Part shown: one piece after another, positions 1 to 15,385 of the stretch
Position numbering within the stretch: position 1 is the stretch's first letter
Layout of the letters: each line of letters opens with the position of its first letter
Origin: the human T2T-CHM13v2.0 reference genome, Homo sapiens
Length of the DNA stretch: 64,000 nt
Assembly: GCF_009914755.1 (NCBI RefSeq)
Contig: NC_060931.1
Reading direction: 5' to 3' (one strand)
Made by a program: the position numbers and the translations under genes
The notes under the pieces: generated by a model
Databases searched by the model: none
Told to the model about the DNA's origin: nothing
The model's input: the letters and a program-made list of their open reading frames with translations, nothing else

Positions 1-2104
1 AGCCCAGGAATGAGTCCCTGGGGACTGGGCTAGAAGGCATTTTCAGGCCAGATAAATAACTATCCACTGGTGCTCAAATCACCCCTCTCACTGATGGTGA
101 GAGGGCTTTCCTCCAAGCCCTTTTCTCTCCCCATGGTCAGTTCTTTGCCAGGAAGCTCCTCAGATTCTCATACAAACACCCTCTTGGAGGCCCTACTTCC
201 CCAGCTGTGTTTTTCACTTTTCTCCTCCTTCAGGGGAGACTTCCATTTTATTTGGGAATTGTCGAATCCTAAAGTGAATGCAGATTCATCTCATGCTGGA
301 CCTTTGAACCAAAATATTTTTACATAGTCAAATCTATATAATTGTCTCATCCCTCCTTTTCAGTAACTTCCTATTAGCAGCTGTCAAGTTATCAGAGTTA
401 TCATCATTTATCCCCCTCACTTATTAAAAAAATTAAGTTTTTGCTACCCCTGAAATTTCAACCTAGGGAGTTCAGTGGTTAGCTTATGACTACACTAGGG
501 AACAAAAGGCACCTTTCCAATTAGAGTTAATAGTGGGATAACTTCAGACACACAAAGGGAGAAAAAGGCACTTATGAGTCATGGTGAGTTCAAAAGGAAA
601 GTGTTGAGGTGGAATCACAAAGCATCATGGGAAGTGCTATTCAAGCTACCACGTCAAAAAGCCTGATTAACAGCAGGTCCAAGTCGGCCTGATCACCAGG
701 GAGTCTTACTGATAAAATTATTTCCCCTCCAGAGAGAATCTCCCTGAGCTGAATAAATGTTTCACTTCTGAATAGGATTCATAAAAAGGCAGGGGGATGG
801 TGGTGACAAGAGAAAAGAACCATATTCATTGATTGATCTGAAATGTGTGACCTGAAATTGTTTATCAGTCTTCACGTCTTAAATGAAATAGAAATTTATG
901 CTTGTTTTAAGTCATTGGAGTGCCAAAATTCAAGTTACTCTGCACATATATGTAATTAATAATGCTCTAATATGGAAAAGTAATAGAAAAGGTAATAGAA
1001 AAGGTAATTTTAGATTATTTAAATATTTTATTGATTCTCACTTTGAATGTTAATATTTTCAGTAAACATGTTGATAAATCCTTTTATTCATGAAGTTTTG
1101 CACAGCTTAATTTTTGTAGTAATTAAACATTAGTTTGAGTTTCTCATTATAAATGTTTCTTCTCTCTTAGGTCAATTTGTTTCACCATCTTTGTATTACC
1201 TTATCTCTTTTAAACAAGCTTTCATTTTTTTCCTCCATATGAAACAAGTAAACAGTGTGCAGTCTATATAGGAAATGATGCAAACCACAGGGAAAAATGT
1301 ACAGTGAGGAAGAAGGCTACTTGTGTGCAACATAGGAGCACTATTATTTAAGAAGTAATATGCTGTTCCTGAATACTATAAATATGTCATCACTCTAATG
1401 AAATGATAATGAGGCATTTGTGACTACATATTTGTTACCATGGTAACAAACGATGACATCATAAACACAAATGACTGACATAATTGTAGCAGCATCTGGA
1501 CAGTGAAGAAAGAAGTCTCATGTATATCTAATTGCTTCTGACTACAACAGCTGAAATAACATTCATGATATTAAATTCAATAAAATTATTTAGAAAGAAA
1601 TATAATGATAGCGAATGGTGCAGGTAAAATAAGGGACCTTCTCGAGTCTTCATGAAATGTGAAATTACAGAGACATGCTGTCTTACATAAATAGAGTTTT
1701 TGCAGTGAAATCCAAGTAGAAACTTCAGCTGGTCTTATGTGACACCTCAGTTTAAGGATTGTTTAGAGAAAGAACTGGAAATATTGGACAGAGGCTGGGA
1801 AGATTGCTGTGAGTTAGGGAGGAGAGCAGATCATGTGCTTTGCAGCCATCAGAGAGTAGTGCAAGTCAGGGGATGGGTGGCCTGGTCCCACAGAGGGCAG
1901 TAAGTTATAGAGATATGGTGGACTCTGGCTGAAAGGACAATATGTTTCAGCAGAGGAGTTGGAGAAAAGACAAGGAGCTACATAGCAAGAGAGTGGAGTG
2001 GAAGTAGATATGGACCTCGGCTGGGCCTCATCTCTTTTTGGTGTCTAAGAATTCATTTCAAACACCAGTATTTGAATTTTCTGGATCACTAGCCCTTTAT
2101 TCCT

Positions 2105-3682
<1,578 letters not shown>

Positions 3683-5879
3683 TTAGCCCCTTATTCCTAG
3701 TGCAGGGTCATCTGGCCTCTCCAAAATCTTCACCAGTTATTTCTCAGACTCTCAGAGAGAGTGTCGCCTAGGCTCAGGAATAAATATGCTCTTGTTTTTC
3801 CAGAAACTCCAAAAGGTCCCAAATAGTCCAAAGTAAGGATAGGTATTATGGCACCTTATGTCACCCGTCACTTTCCCACTGGTCTCCCTAATTCCCTTGC
3901 ATAGACTTCTCCCAGTGTACTCTAGGAAAAAAAACCCGTCATACATATCAATTCCTGTCTAGAAACCCAGGCCCTGGGGAGTAAGGGTATTGGGGTGGGG
4001 GTTGGCCTTGGACCCAGGAACTCACATTTTATTTAAGCATACCTGGCTCATGGCTGGTTCATGTCATCCTGTATTTAAGTATACCTCCCTGTGGGAAAAG
4101 CCCTCCTTGAGGGGCCAGAACATCTGGAGTCTAGCCACGATTTTACCTTCTACCTTGTGACTTTCAGGTAAATCCTCAATTCTCTCAACTTTTTTCCTAT
4201 ATTTACAATTATGTTAATAACATTCATTCCTACCTCTTTCAGAGAGGTATTGACAGGGATGATTTATGGAAAAATGTTTTGTAGCTGTAAAGCACATAGC
4301 AAAGTCAAGGCACTATAGCTGTGATTTCTGGTTTCATCTGGTTTCGAGTTTGACACACCTTCCAATAACTTTTTGATGACTGCAGTTCTCATTCCTCCTT
4401 CTTTTGCTCTTTTTCTACCTTTGATACGGTCTTCAGAGAGATGATTGTTCATTCAAGGCATATGTATGAAGAAATCTAGGAGTTTACAGACTTTAAATGG
4501 GATTGACTTAATATGTGACCACATCAACAAATAATGCAGAAGCAACCCCACCCTTTCTACAGAGTTCCCTTTTCTGGCATAAATAAAAACTTGAGATGAA
4601 AAAAGCGGTAATGACTGCCTGATGAACTTTATCTGTGTTGCTCTCTTTTGAACTCTTGCTCCTTTTCGTTCACTCTTTTTATTTGCCCCCTTGGTCTGTG
4701 CTCCCTAAAATAAAGACATGAAGCCAAAATTACAAGGTACCCAAAGGAAAATAAAATTGGATGAAAATGTACCCAGGGACACTGAAGAGAGAAATAGCTA
4801 AGAAAATACATATAAAGATAAAAAAGATGAGACAGAAAATTACATAGAATATCCAACATATCCAACATATTTTTAATTTGCACATACTGACATGCCGGTC
4901 AAATCAGCCAGTTCCAAAGAAATAAGTACATAATGATATTCTAATTTTATATGTAAGAAAACAAATCCAGGGCAGAAAAGGGAATTCTCCACAGCCAAAG
5001 AGCACTGAAAAGAACAGGTCAGTTCAGAGATTCCCTTGGGGTTAAGCAAATAATGGAGGGATGAGGATATTGTGTGTAGAGTTATCTATATGGAAATGAG
5101 GAAGAGAGAAACTGATGTATGACTAGGACTCAAAGAACTTTGCCAAAAACATGCAGCTGGGCCATATAAAGACTAAAACAGTTGAGAGCTAAAAGACCAC
5201 CTAATATGCAATTATCCTCTATCCACCAGTCACGGGGTGAGCATAAGAGTTTTTTGATCGATATTCTTGTGCAAGTTCTCCAACACTATCACAACTTGCT
5301 CATCAAAGACTCCATGGGCAGACTGCTCACATCAATACTTCCAACTTTTGACATGAAAAAATGACAACAGTGATGAAGATGATAATGCTGATGACCATAA
5401 AGTATTAATCATGTACCATGGGCCAGGCAATGTGTTAAGTATTAGCCCCCTTAGACAGAAAATAAAACTCAGGCTGGGACTTAGATCTAGTAAAATACTT
5501 ACCTTGCCAATCTGATTACAAAGCTCACTGTGCTGTAACATCTGCAGATTTCGTGACTCTTCCATAGATGAATTAGCTGTTTCTGCCTCAGCTGTGGGGT
5601 CATACAGAACCTACATGGCGACTTATACTTCAGGATACATCTATGGCCACTACCTTGCACAGATGACTATGAGAATGACAAAACCAAGATTCCAAGCCAT
5701 GCAGGTGCCTTCATTTCTTGGGGTGGCTAACCTGCTTGTTCAGAGATCGTCATCACCTCCCTCTCCTTGCACTCAAGCCTGATGTTTGACTTACTCTCGT
5801 GACTGATCCTACACCGAGATTCTGCAACTTCCACATCTAGAAAAAGTTTTATCCCCCAAAATCTAAGTTCTAACAGAAA

Positions 5880-6062
5880 GTCAAATATTGTAGGTTGTCA
5901 CTTATGAATAGGAGCTAATCAATGGGTACACACGGACATACAGAATGGAAAAACAGACAGTGGAGATGCCAGAAGGTGGGAAAGTGAGAGGAAAGTGAGG
6001 GCTGAAAAATTACCTACTGGATACAATGTTCACTATTCAAGTAATAAGTATGCTAAAGGCCC
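5880..6062 (+). mobile_element. L1MA/L1PB 3'-end fragment
   Basis: GGAGCTAATCAATGGGTACACACGGACATACAG...GAAAAATTACCTACTGGATACAATGTTCACTATT resembles the L1MA/PB 3'UTR. Confidence 0.7.
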
Positions 6063-6229
6063 AGTCACGTGGCCTAATAACTGCAAGGAAGGCTGGGAAA
6101 CTAAGTCTTCTTTTCTGTACTCAAGAAGGAGTAATGGATGGGTGAGCATCTTCCAGGCTCTGCCTGTAAATTGTATAATCTTCTAGCCATTTAAATTCTA
6201 GATCAAACCTTGCTAATACCACACATCTG

Positions 6230-6990
6230 TTTACTCAGGCAATTCTGTAACCTCTACATTCAAATTATATTGAGAATATAACTGCTTATCACCACCCGTG
6301 CTGGTTCCACAAGGGTCTCAGCCTCCATCATCTCTTGCCTTGATGAGTGCAAGAGATTCCTTACTGGGTTCCTTCCTTCTACCCCTGCCCAGTTTGTCTT
6401 TTCTCAAAATCAGCCAGAGTGATCACGCTGAATGTGGGTCAAGTTATGGTCTGCCCCCTTTCATGCAGAGTGAAATGTTCTTCAGAGCCAACTTCTTCCC
6501 ATGGCCTGCAAGGCCCTTCGCCATCTGCTCCCCATGATCTCTGACCTCATTGCCTGTTCTTCTCCCCCTTTTTGCTCCTCAAATACCCCATCATGCTTCC
6601 ACCTTAGGTCCTTTGCACCAGCTGTTTCTTCCTCCTGAAATGCCTTTCTCCCAGATATCACCATGGCTCATTTCCCCTCCTCCTTCAAGTCTGCACTCAA
6701 CTGTCATTCTCTCAGTGAGGCCTTCCTGGCCAAGTCCTGCTCCCACACCCTGGCACTTCCCATTCCCATTTTCCCACTCTTTTTGCAGGGGAGGGGATGT
6801 TCATTGTGCTTATCCCCTTTCAACATCGTGTATAACTTCCGTTTCTTTTTTTTCTTATCTGACCCACCCTATTAATTAGAATAGAAGCTCATGAGAGCAA
6901 GGAATTTTGTCTATTTGGTTCACAAGATCCTACAACAGTTGCCTGGCATGTTATACTGTTATATTGTCAAATAAATGGGTGAATGGATCC
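6230..6990 (+). mobile_element. L2 LINE 3' portion
   Basis: Pyrimidine-rich L2 motifs (GGTCCTTTGCACCAGCTGTTTCTTCCTCCTGAAATGCC; TAGAAGCTCATGAGAGCAAGGAATTTTGTCT; CAGTTGCCTGGCATG) ending in AATAAATGGGTGAATG. Confidence 0.8.
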
Positions 6991-9238
6991 TGGCACCCAA
7001 CAGACCTAGTGCTAAATCCCAGAATGCTCTTCACTATTTCTACTAGAAGATGTAGGAGAGGTAAATACATCTCCTTCCTTGATATCCAAGAATTCCCAAT
7101 TTAGGTATGTCAATTAGGCCTTTACCATGGTTTTTGCTAAAATTAATCAGTCACCTATGTTCGTCACTTGGCTACGTCCATTTTTTAGTTTTCTGTATGT
7201 TTTCCTTTTTATCCCTTCTGTTTTTGACACTACCAGTAGAGCATACTTAAATGTTAAGATGTTTAAGGCAAGGATATGACTTTCAATTTTATCAGTACAT
7301 CAAGTAACTTAATAAAATTAATTGGGTACTATTGTTGCTGATTTTTTACATAAACATTTTAGCAATTTATCTTAGGTTTTATATCCATGCAGTTTATCTT
7401 CTATATAGAGAACCAGACCAACCAAAGAAAAGGGGTGAGCTGAGGAAACGAACATTCTCCCACCACACAAGACTCCCCCTCAATGAGTCCTGCAACTCCT
7501 TGGGGGCAGCCGCACTAAGCTGTCAGAACTTAGTAAATGAGCCTCCTCTCATTAGAAAGAAAGTCTGAGAAGCAGACCAGAGAGTTTAGAGACCATTTTT
7601 CTCTTCCCTCCCAAGAGCCTGGGCTGCTGGTGTCTGGACGCAAGCTGAGCATTACAGTCATTGTTTTAAATAAAGGGCCTCTTTGATCTGGTTTAAAAAC
7701 ACAAAACAGAAGGGCCTTTGCCCAATGTGAATTTGACATGTGTCCTTTGATCCTGTAAATAATCAAATTTGAACACACTGTGTCTTATAACCACAATTGC
7801 AAAGTGTGGAATGAGGCGAGTTTTTGTTATAAAAAGACAATTTGCATGTATTAAGCAATATTTTCCAACAATACATTCTTGTTTCCAAGATTCTTTGCAT
7901 GTTCCTTCATCAGCAAAAATACTACTTATTTCTTTTTCCTACCCTTCCCCATAATTCTTAACAATAAAGGGAGGTCTATTTAAAGAGCTCATTTTCCACA
8001 GATAGGGGGAAAAAATAGTGTTTTCAAAGAAACCCAAGCCAAAGTCATTCAGATTCTTTCAATCTGGGATTCTGGAGAGCTTGACTTTTTAGGGTAGAAC
8101 AATTCTTTAAGGGTTTCACCATGCAGTCCAGAGGTTAGCACTGTCTGGATATCATCAAGTGTGTGAAACACTAGGCCCAGAAAGGAAAAGACTCAGCAGG
8201 AAGTAGGAAAACGTTTACTTTCAATGCGACTTTCTTGGGTCTTTTGGCCTCTGGATTTCTAAGCCCCAAGGCCCAAGAGAGGTTATAACCCTGAGCCCAA
8301 GCTTCCTGGAGCATCAAAGTCATTTCTGAACTTACAGGGTGAAATGTATTTAAAGCCATTCCCCAGAGGGAGTTGCAAAAGTTGGAGGTTGTTTCACTGT
8401 CAGGGTCAATTTATATTCGAACCAGTGCAGGAGATGGGGTCTTTGCCCAGGGGACTTCCTAGGAAAAACAGAATTGACCTACTTTTAAGGAGAATGAATT
8501 CCAGAACTCAGTCCTTGTGACCCACTCCCCACCCACATCCGTTCTCCATTCTTCCAGTGGAGGAGAAAACTTTCTGCAAATCACTTCTGCTAATAACAAT
8601 TGTCACCCTTAGTACAAGGAACTGCCAGGATCTCTGGGTCCCTAACCCTCATCATTAACTCTGACCAGACAAAGACCCTCACTGCATTCCAAAGCCAAAT
8701 TTACATCTCAAATGCAATTGTGCACAGGACATTAATGGCTAACATAGAAATGTTAGCTCCTATTATTCCTATTTTACAATATTAACTTTTAAAATGTTTT
8801 TGCCTGTCTAAAAGTATTATTAATACAGAATAACCCCTTGACATACTTGAATGGAGGACATTGCAACCTGGGTATTGTTTGTTTGTTTTGTTTTGTTTTG
8901 CACCAGAAGTTTTGAAACTCACAGAAATAGACTTCCCTATAGAGGCTGCTTAGGAAGACTTTTACAAAGTGTGTACCTTGACAGTCCAGGAAATAAGGAA
9001 CCAAGACTCACATGTATTGCCACTGAAAGCCAGATCACAATTACAGAAGGTATTGTTCTAAATAACCAAGAAGTGGCTGTGAATCAGAGAAACAAGCCAG
9101 AACTGTATCAGCCTGTTCAAGTGTATGTGCACAGAAGACTGTAAGAAGTAGTTGTCTCAATTCTAGACACCATTTTAGAATAAAAACATCATCTTAATAC
9201 CTTCAGTATGTGCCATTTTCTTTCATATCTAAGGTAAG

Positions 9239-9292
9239 ATAGCATGTGACAATATTTCCCAAAAGATAAGATAGCATGTGACAATATTTCCT
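9239..9292. repeat. Short direct duplication (21-bp exact core, 33-bp period)
   Basis: ATAGCATGTGACAATATTTCC at 9239-9259 and 9272-9292. Confidence 0.9.
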
Positions 9293-10139
9293 CCATATTT
9301 AAAAGTGTTGAGAAAGAAGTTTATACTCTGTTTTTTCAATAACCACCAAAATTTGAAACCAATACAAGGAATATCTCTAGAAGAGAAGGTAAATTACTAT
9401 GTTTTTCCAAAAATATTCTTCATGTTCCTGTTAAATCATAGAGACTCAAGATCAGATCTGTGTTCCTAAGAATTAACTTCTATTCTCCTGAAGAAATACA
9501 ATGGCCATCTCTAATCACTCGCCTTATAGAACCAAAGAAACAGCACCACTGCTTCTTTCAACACTGGCTGGAACCCAGGGTAACTGGGTGCTTAATATAT
9601 ATGTTTCACTTCATGTTTTAGTATTAGAGTCTTAGTATGAGGGTCAGACTTCTACAGAGGACACAAAGATCTTTTGAACCATCGAAGGCATCAATCTCCC
9701 CTCTGGAATCCAGCTCCTCCCCTGTGGCTTATTATTAAATGGCCCATCAGGCCAAGCCAACATGGGGGCTCCTTACCTGTGCTGTAATGAGGAGATTGTT
9801 GTGGTCCATTTCCTTATTTTGCTTGTTAAATGGCCAACCTGGGTTCTAATCTCTGTTGGGAAACCAACCAGCTGTGTTTCTGGGGCCTGCCACTTTTGCT
9901 TTTCTGGAAATCAGTTTTTTCCTCTTTAAGATAAGGGGATAGAGTTCAATCTTCATTAATAATACCTCCAGAGCTGATGGTCTATGATTATGTAGGTGAC
10001 TGTGAGGTACATGTGCTTAATTAGTAATTAATAAGGACATAGACAAAATTAACTGAATCTATGGTAAGTCATCTTAGAGCTGCTATAGAGACATTTTCCC
10101 AAGGGTTTCCTGTATACATAACAGTAAGTAGAATGCCTT

Positions 10140-10458
<319 letters not shown>

Positions 10459-11804
10459 TAGAATGCCCTTATTATCCTTCACATAGAAACCAATAATATA
10501 AAACATGTAAAATTCATGAGGGATTACCTAGAACCTAATTTTGTTTTATAAATGTGGCTTAAACCTGAAATTATCCTTAGAAATCTATCTATTTGGCTCA
10601 AGGATTGATTCCATCTGGAAATAAAGACATCACTATGACAAATAGTCATTTATCCCTTAGAATGAATAAGTTTATCGAGTCATTTTCTTAAACTTTGGAG
10701 AGAAAAAAAAAAGCAAGAGAGAACTTTCTGAGTGACAGAAAAATCCCACAGGGGAGAATATGAACTATAACTAGAATGACCTGGGACAAACTTGGCCTCT
10801 GCATGATTCTGAGGTTGGTTTGAATCATAGGAAAAGTCATAATCTTCATTTGCTTCTTTTTTAAAACTGAATTATCATCCTATTATTTTGTCAATAGAGC
10901 AGGAACATGCATATGCAGCTTGTGGCTCAAATACAGTCTGGTTGACCCCAGGTTAAGGGCTGCTTGAGATTCTTAGCAAAATAATTTCTTACCTAATTAG
11001 CTGGCACACATGAACTAATTAGGGCCTTACTCCTTGCCAGTAGGAAACTTGAGAAGTTTGGACTCAACGTGGAAAATCTGATTTCACTTGCAAGGGTTGA
11101 GACACCTGCAATGAGTGCGGAGAAGAGGAGGATTTATTCAAGTCAAAAGAGAAGGCTGGTGTGCCTGCTTCTGTTACATCATTCATTAAGATGCTGTGGG
11201 GGAAGATTTCACAGGTCACGTGCCCAGCATGATGGAATGGAATAAGTGACCAGACAGTGAATTAATTGGTGCACGTGTGCTTGGCCATAGTTTTAAATAT
11301 TTATGGAGGGTTTAGACATCAAGGTAAGGCAAATGATTGCAGTCACATGGCTAAGCCATAGAATCACTGAAGTAATTAGCACAGCCGCTGTGTTATATCA
11401 AGGAATTTTGGGAATGGAAGGGCTCTGAGCTTTTCATGAGTAAAGAATTATGGACAGGACATCAAGCTACATACTGTAGAGTTAAGGTATTTGGTCAAAG
11501 AAAATCCAGATCTGCCTTCTAATTCTGCCAGTTTCTGTATGACGCTGGGGAAGTTAACTGATCCAATGTCAATTTCATCTGGTTAACTTAAGGTTCCACT
11601 GAGGCAATGAATGAGAATATATTTATTTTTTCTTTGTTTTTACTACTTGCATTATTGTTTTTATAAAACTTACGTATGCTTGTTATATACATTTTGAGCA
11701 ATAAAAACAATTAAAAAGAAAAGTGACAAATCACCCAAAGTTCTACCATACAGAAATAATCTGTGTTAAAATTTGGTGAATATCGTTCTAGATATCTCTC
11801 AAGA

Positions 11805-11865
11805 ATGGATGGATGAATGGATGGATGCATGGATCCATAAGTGGATGGATGGTTAAATGGATGGC
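11805..11865. repeat. Degenerate (GGAT)n microsatellite
   Basis: TGGATGGATGAATGGATGGATGCATGGAT...GGATGGATGG. Confidence 0.85.
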
Positions 11866-12099
11866 CAGATCATATGCTATTTTTATGTGTATATAATTTT
11901 TAATTTAATGTCCTCAAATTTAACAGAAAAAGGAAACTAAAATGACACTAAAGGAATTGCTGAACTTCAAATTTTTGAAAATTAAAAGTATCAAATTAAT
12001 CTGTATAATTTAAAGAATTATGTGGATATCCATGAAAGGATAAGGTTAAGAAATTTAAAACTCCCTGTGGGGCTTCCCAGATCACATTCCTCTCATCTC

Positions 12100-12800
12100 T
12101 ATTACTTTTGCAGTAATCATTCCCTTGCTTTATTTAGTAGTTTTACTATATATGAAGGTATTCATAAACAATATTTGTTTAGGTTTGCCTGATTTAAATA
12201 TTATATACAAAGAATCATACCATGTGCATTAGTTTGTTGTTTGCTTTTACTCACTATTATATACATATAAGATTCATCCATGTTTATATGAATAATTGTA
12301 GTGTATTCATATTTGGTGTTGTATATTATTCTACTATGTGAACGTAGTATGGTTTATTTATCCATCCCACTGACAATAACCATTCACCTTCCATGGGCAT
12401 TTTCAGTAGTCTCTGGTATATGTGTGCAAGTGCCCAGAGTGTACACTGTAGGATGGAATTGCTGGTTTGTTCACTATGTAAACATTCTACTCTTCTAGGT
12501 AATACTAACTTCCTTCCCAAAGTGGTTAGACAAATATTCACTCCCATTTGCAATAGAAAAGTGTTCCCATTGTTTCCCAGCTTCACCAGCATTTGGTATT
12601 GTTGGCCTTTTAAGTTTATTACAACCAGTATATATAATACTGTTTCTCTCTGTGGTTTTAATTTGTACTTGCCTGATTACTAATGATGTGGAGGTTTGTG
12701 TCATATACTTCTTGGTCATATGTTTCCTGTTTTGTCAAATCTATTGCCTATTTTTCTGTCAGGTTTTGGTATTTCTTTCTTATGGATTTATAAGAGCTAT
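12100..12800 (-). mobile_element. Ancient L1M (L1ME-like) 3' fragment
   Basis: Antisense L1 3'-end motifs (AGATTCATCCATG, CCCAAAGTGGTT, GTGGTTTTAATTTG, CTGATTACTAATGATG). Confidence 0.7.
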
Positions 12801-12926
12801 AGATAGATGATTGATAGATAATGATATCTAAATATATATATATCAGATGTTAGTTTTGCCAGTTATTAATCTATCTCTTATTTTCAAATCTATCTTTCTA
12901 TATTTTGCTCTGTGATTCTAGAGCTA

Positions 12927-14005
12927 TAGGTTAGCTATTACTGTGTAACAAATTACCCCCCAAAATTTAGCAGTTTAAAACAAGAGATATCTATTTTCTC
13001 CCACTGTCTGTGAGCCAAGAATCCAGGCAGGGCTTAGCTGCATCCCTGCCTCACAGTCTCTCACAAGCTACAATCAATGTGTCAGCTCAGGGCTTATGGT
13101 CTCATCTGAAGATCCAACTGGGGAAGGATCACTTTGAAGCTCAGCCAGTGATATATGACAGTAAGCATTCAGTATCTCCCAGGCCATTATTGCACTGCAG
13201 ATCTCAGGTCCTTAGTGGCTAAAGGCTAGAAACCACTCTCGGTTACTTGATGTGTGGGCTTCTATCTCATGGGAGCTGCCTTCATCAAAGCATGAAAGCC
13301 AAGAAGACAACAGAGAGAGTACACCAGCAAGATGAGTCGTTGTTTTTAATAAACCAAAAACAGAAATGATAGCTTTTACTTTCCCATTTGCCTGAGAATA
13401 CTCACTAGTGGTGCTTGTGGCTGCAGCATTTACCAAGAGATAACTTTGCCATAAAATATCTCATTTTTATTATTATTGTTGCAACACTCTAGTATATTGG
13501 AAACAAAGGCATCATTCTATTTATAGCATTCTGTTTTTAGTAGTAGTATTTACATTTACAAAATATAGTAATTCTTGATCGTTGAAAACGTCAAATTCTA
13601 AAAAACGTAGCATTCCTATGTGTGATATTAACATCATTCTCTAACAGTTGTTGGCTCAAGGTCCATTTGATAAATCTGACTTTTCCGAAATAGATGATTC
13701 TGATGATTCAGATAATCCTGATGTTAGTTCTGTTCAGAAATAACTCCAATAACAGTTTTTATGTTTTATTTTCGCATTGAAAATCAGTTAGATTTGCTTC
13801 AGCCTCAAATAGCATGTTTATTTAAAATTAAATGAGCACTGGCAGCAAGCTGAACTTTTTTCTTCTAAATGGGAAAAGGGTTAACTTTTGCCATATTCTA
13901 GCAAATCTTTAGGTCCAAACTACACTCAGAGGAGAGGATTACACAAGGGCATGAATGCCAGTATACAACGACCCTTGGGAGCCATATAGGAAGCTGCTTA
14001 CTTCA
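12927..14005 (-). mobile_element. MLT1 (MLT1F/E-like) MaLR solo LTR, split by MER75
   Basis: TATTACTGTGTAACAAATTACCCCCAAAATTTAGCAGTTTAAAACAA at the left. The right part (TTTTGCCATATTCTA...GATTACACAAGGGCATGAATGCCAG) resumes after 13884. Confidence 0.75.
13378..13880 (+). mobile_element. MER75 non-autonomous piggyBac element
   Basis: Ends CTTTCCCATTTG...AAATGGGAAAAGGG followed by TTAA (13881-13884). Internal remnant from 13588 reads [39 protein letters not shown], resembling the PGBD4-type transposase N-terminus. Confidence 0.9.
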
Positions 14006-14569
14006 GGCTGGGTATCCACATTCCTCCACGGTCAGTGGGTTCCTGTTAAAGGCCATCAACCTGGGGCTCTATAGGGTTTAGGAAGGCAGGAGAAAGGAGA
14101 AGGATTTTACTCCTTCTTATTGCCCTCAGTTCCTATTTGTATCAATGCAGCAATGGCTCTTCATCTTGGAAGCAGCAGCTGGATTCAGAAGCAGTTGATC
14201 TGAGTCTCTGGATTTTTATACTCCCTGAACCAGTCTCCTCAGACCACCTCAGAGCTCAGTGAGCAGACCAGCAGGGCAGCGTCCACTCACTGAGGCCTGA
14301 GATCTAGCTCCATGTGGCCCTTCCTGCAAGCATTAGCCTGAGAGCACCCTTCTTCAGAGGTCTGACATCCAGCTTCTCTGGGCCCTCCTGCCAGCTCCTA
14401 GTTGCTGAAAATTCTACCACTTCCCTGGGCCCCCATGTCCTAAGAGTGGGAGCTGCTTCCTGCAGTTACTACCTTTATGTCATCTTGGTGTTTCCTTTTC
14501 CACTTCTCAGTCCCTCCATCCTGGTTTAACCAGTTCTCTACATTAAATAATTTCTGGTAAAATAACGAA

Positions 14570-14630
14570 TTTCTGATTGATGCACCGATATCTGGTGAAA
14601 TCTGGTTTCTGATTGATGCACTGATATCTT
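14570..14630. repeat. ~36-bp tandem duplication
   Basis: TTTCTGATTGATGCACCGATATCT ... TTTCTGATTGATGCACTGATATCT. Confidence 0.85.
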
Positions 14631-14990
14631 GTCCCAGTTTGAGGAATTTGAAACAGAACTACAAGTGTCCTTCTCCCTCAGATTCGCAACTTAGTGGGGA
14701 AATAATAGAAAAGCACAAATATGTATAATACAGACAGAAATTTATTGGCACCATAAAAAACATACAAAGAAAGAACTTGAGAACTTTCCTTGTTTACAAA
14801 CTTAAGGAAAAACGTTCTTGTGGCTATGAGAATCAGACAGTCTTCAAAGACAAGGGGACAATTTTAGCTAGATCTTAAAGGGTGGCTGGTCCTTAAAAGG
14901 AAGAACAGACATCCTGAGAGGAGGAAGCAGCAAGAGAAAAACAAAAAAGAAGACATAAAATAAGGAAATAAATTTGGAAAACCAAGTATA

Positions 14991-14995
<5 letters not shown>

Positions 14996-15022
<27 letters not shown>
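14996..15022. repeat. (CA)n microsatellite
   Basis: About 13 perfect CA units. Confidence 0.95.
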
Positions 15023-15037
15023 GTGTAGGTCTCTACA

Positions 15038-15385
15038 CTAGCACTACTAATAAAAATATACTGTTAGCCACAAATGAAAGCCACAAAAGTAGTTTTAAAT
15101 TATCTAGCCGACAAATGTAAAAAAAAAAAAAAAAGGAAAAAAGGAACAGATAAAACGCTACAACTTTTCATTCAATTCAATATATCTAAAATATCACTTC
15201 AATAAGTAATCAGTATAATAGTATATTAGTATTTTACTAGTAAAATATTTGACATTCTTTCTCTTATACTAAGTCCTCAAAGTCTGGTGCATATTTTACA
15301 TTTGCAGCACATCTCAGTTTAGACATACTGCAGTTTAAGTGTTAAATAACTGCATGTGGCTCTTGGCTACCATATTGGACAACTA
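15038..15385 (+). mobile_element. MER33 (hAT-Charlie) DNA transposon
   Basis: AGCCACAAATGAAAGCCAC...GCACATCTCAGTTT...ATGTGGCTCTTGGCTACCATATTGGACA matches the recalled MER33 layout. Confidence 0.8.

Larger units (their letters stand above)
12855..14570 (+). mobile_element. LTR33-like ERVL solo LTR, split by an MLT1 LTR
   Basis: 5' piece CAAATCTATCTTTCTATATTTTGCTCTGTGATTCTAGAGCT (~12885-12926) resumes at ~14006 (GGCTGGGTATCCACATT...TTCCTGTTA) and ends AACCAGTTCTCTACATTAAA...AAATAAC. Confidence 0.6.

Noticed and set aside
470-900. AP-1 (TGAGTCA ~575) and CRE-like (ACGTCA ~651) motifs
   Set aside because: Isolated short motifs are expected by chance, with no further support from sequence.
975-1008. 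(GAAAAGGTAATA) x ~3 and a similar 25-bp duplication at ~35856-35900
   Set aside because: Ordinary slippage micro-duplications.
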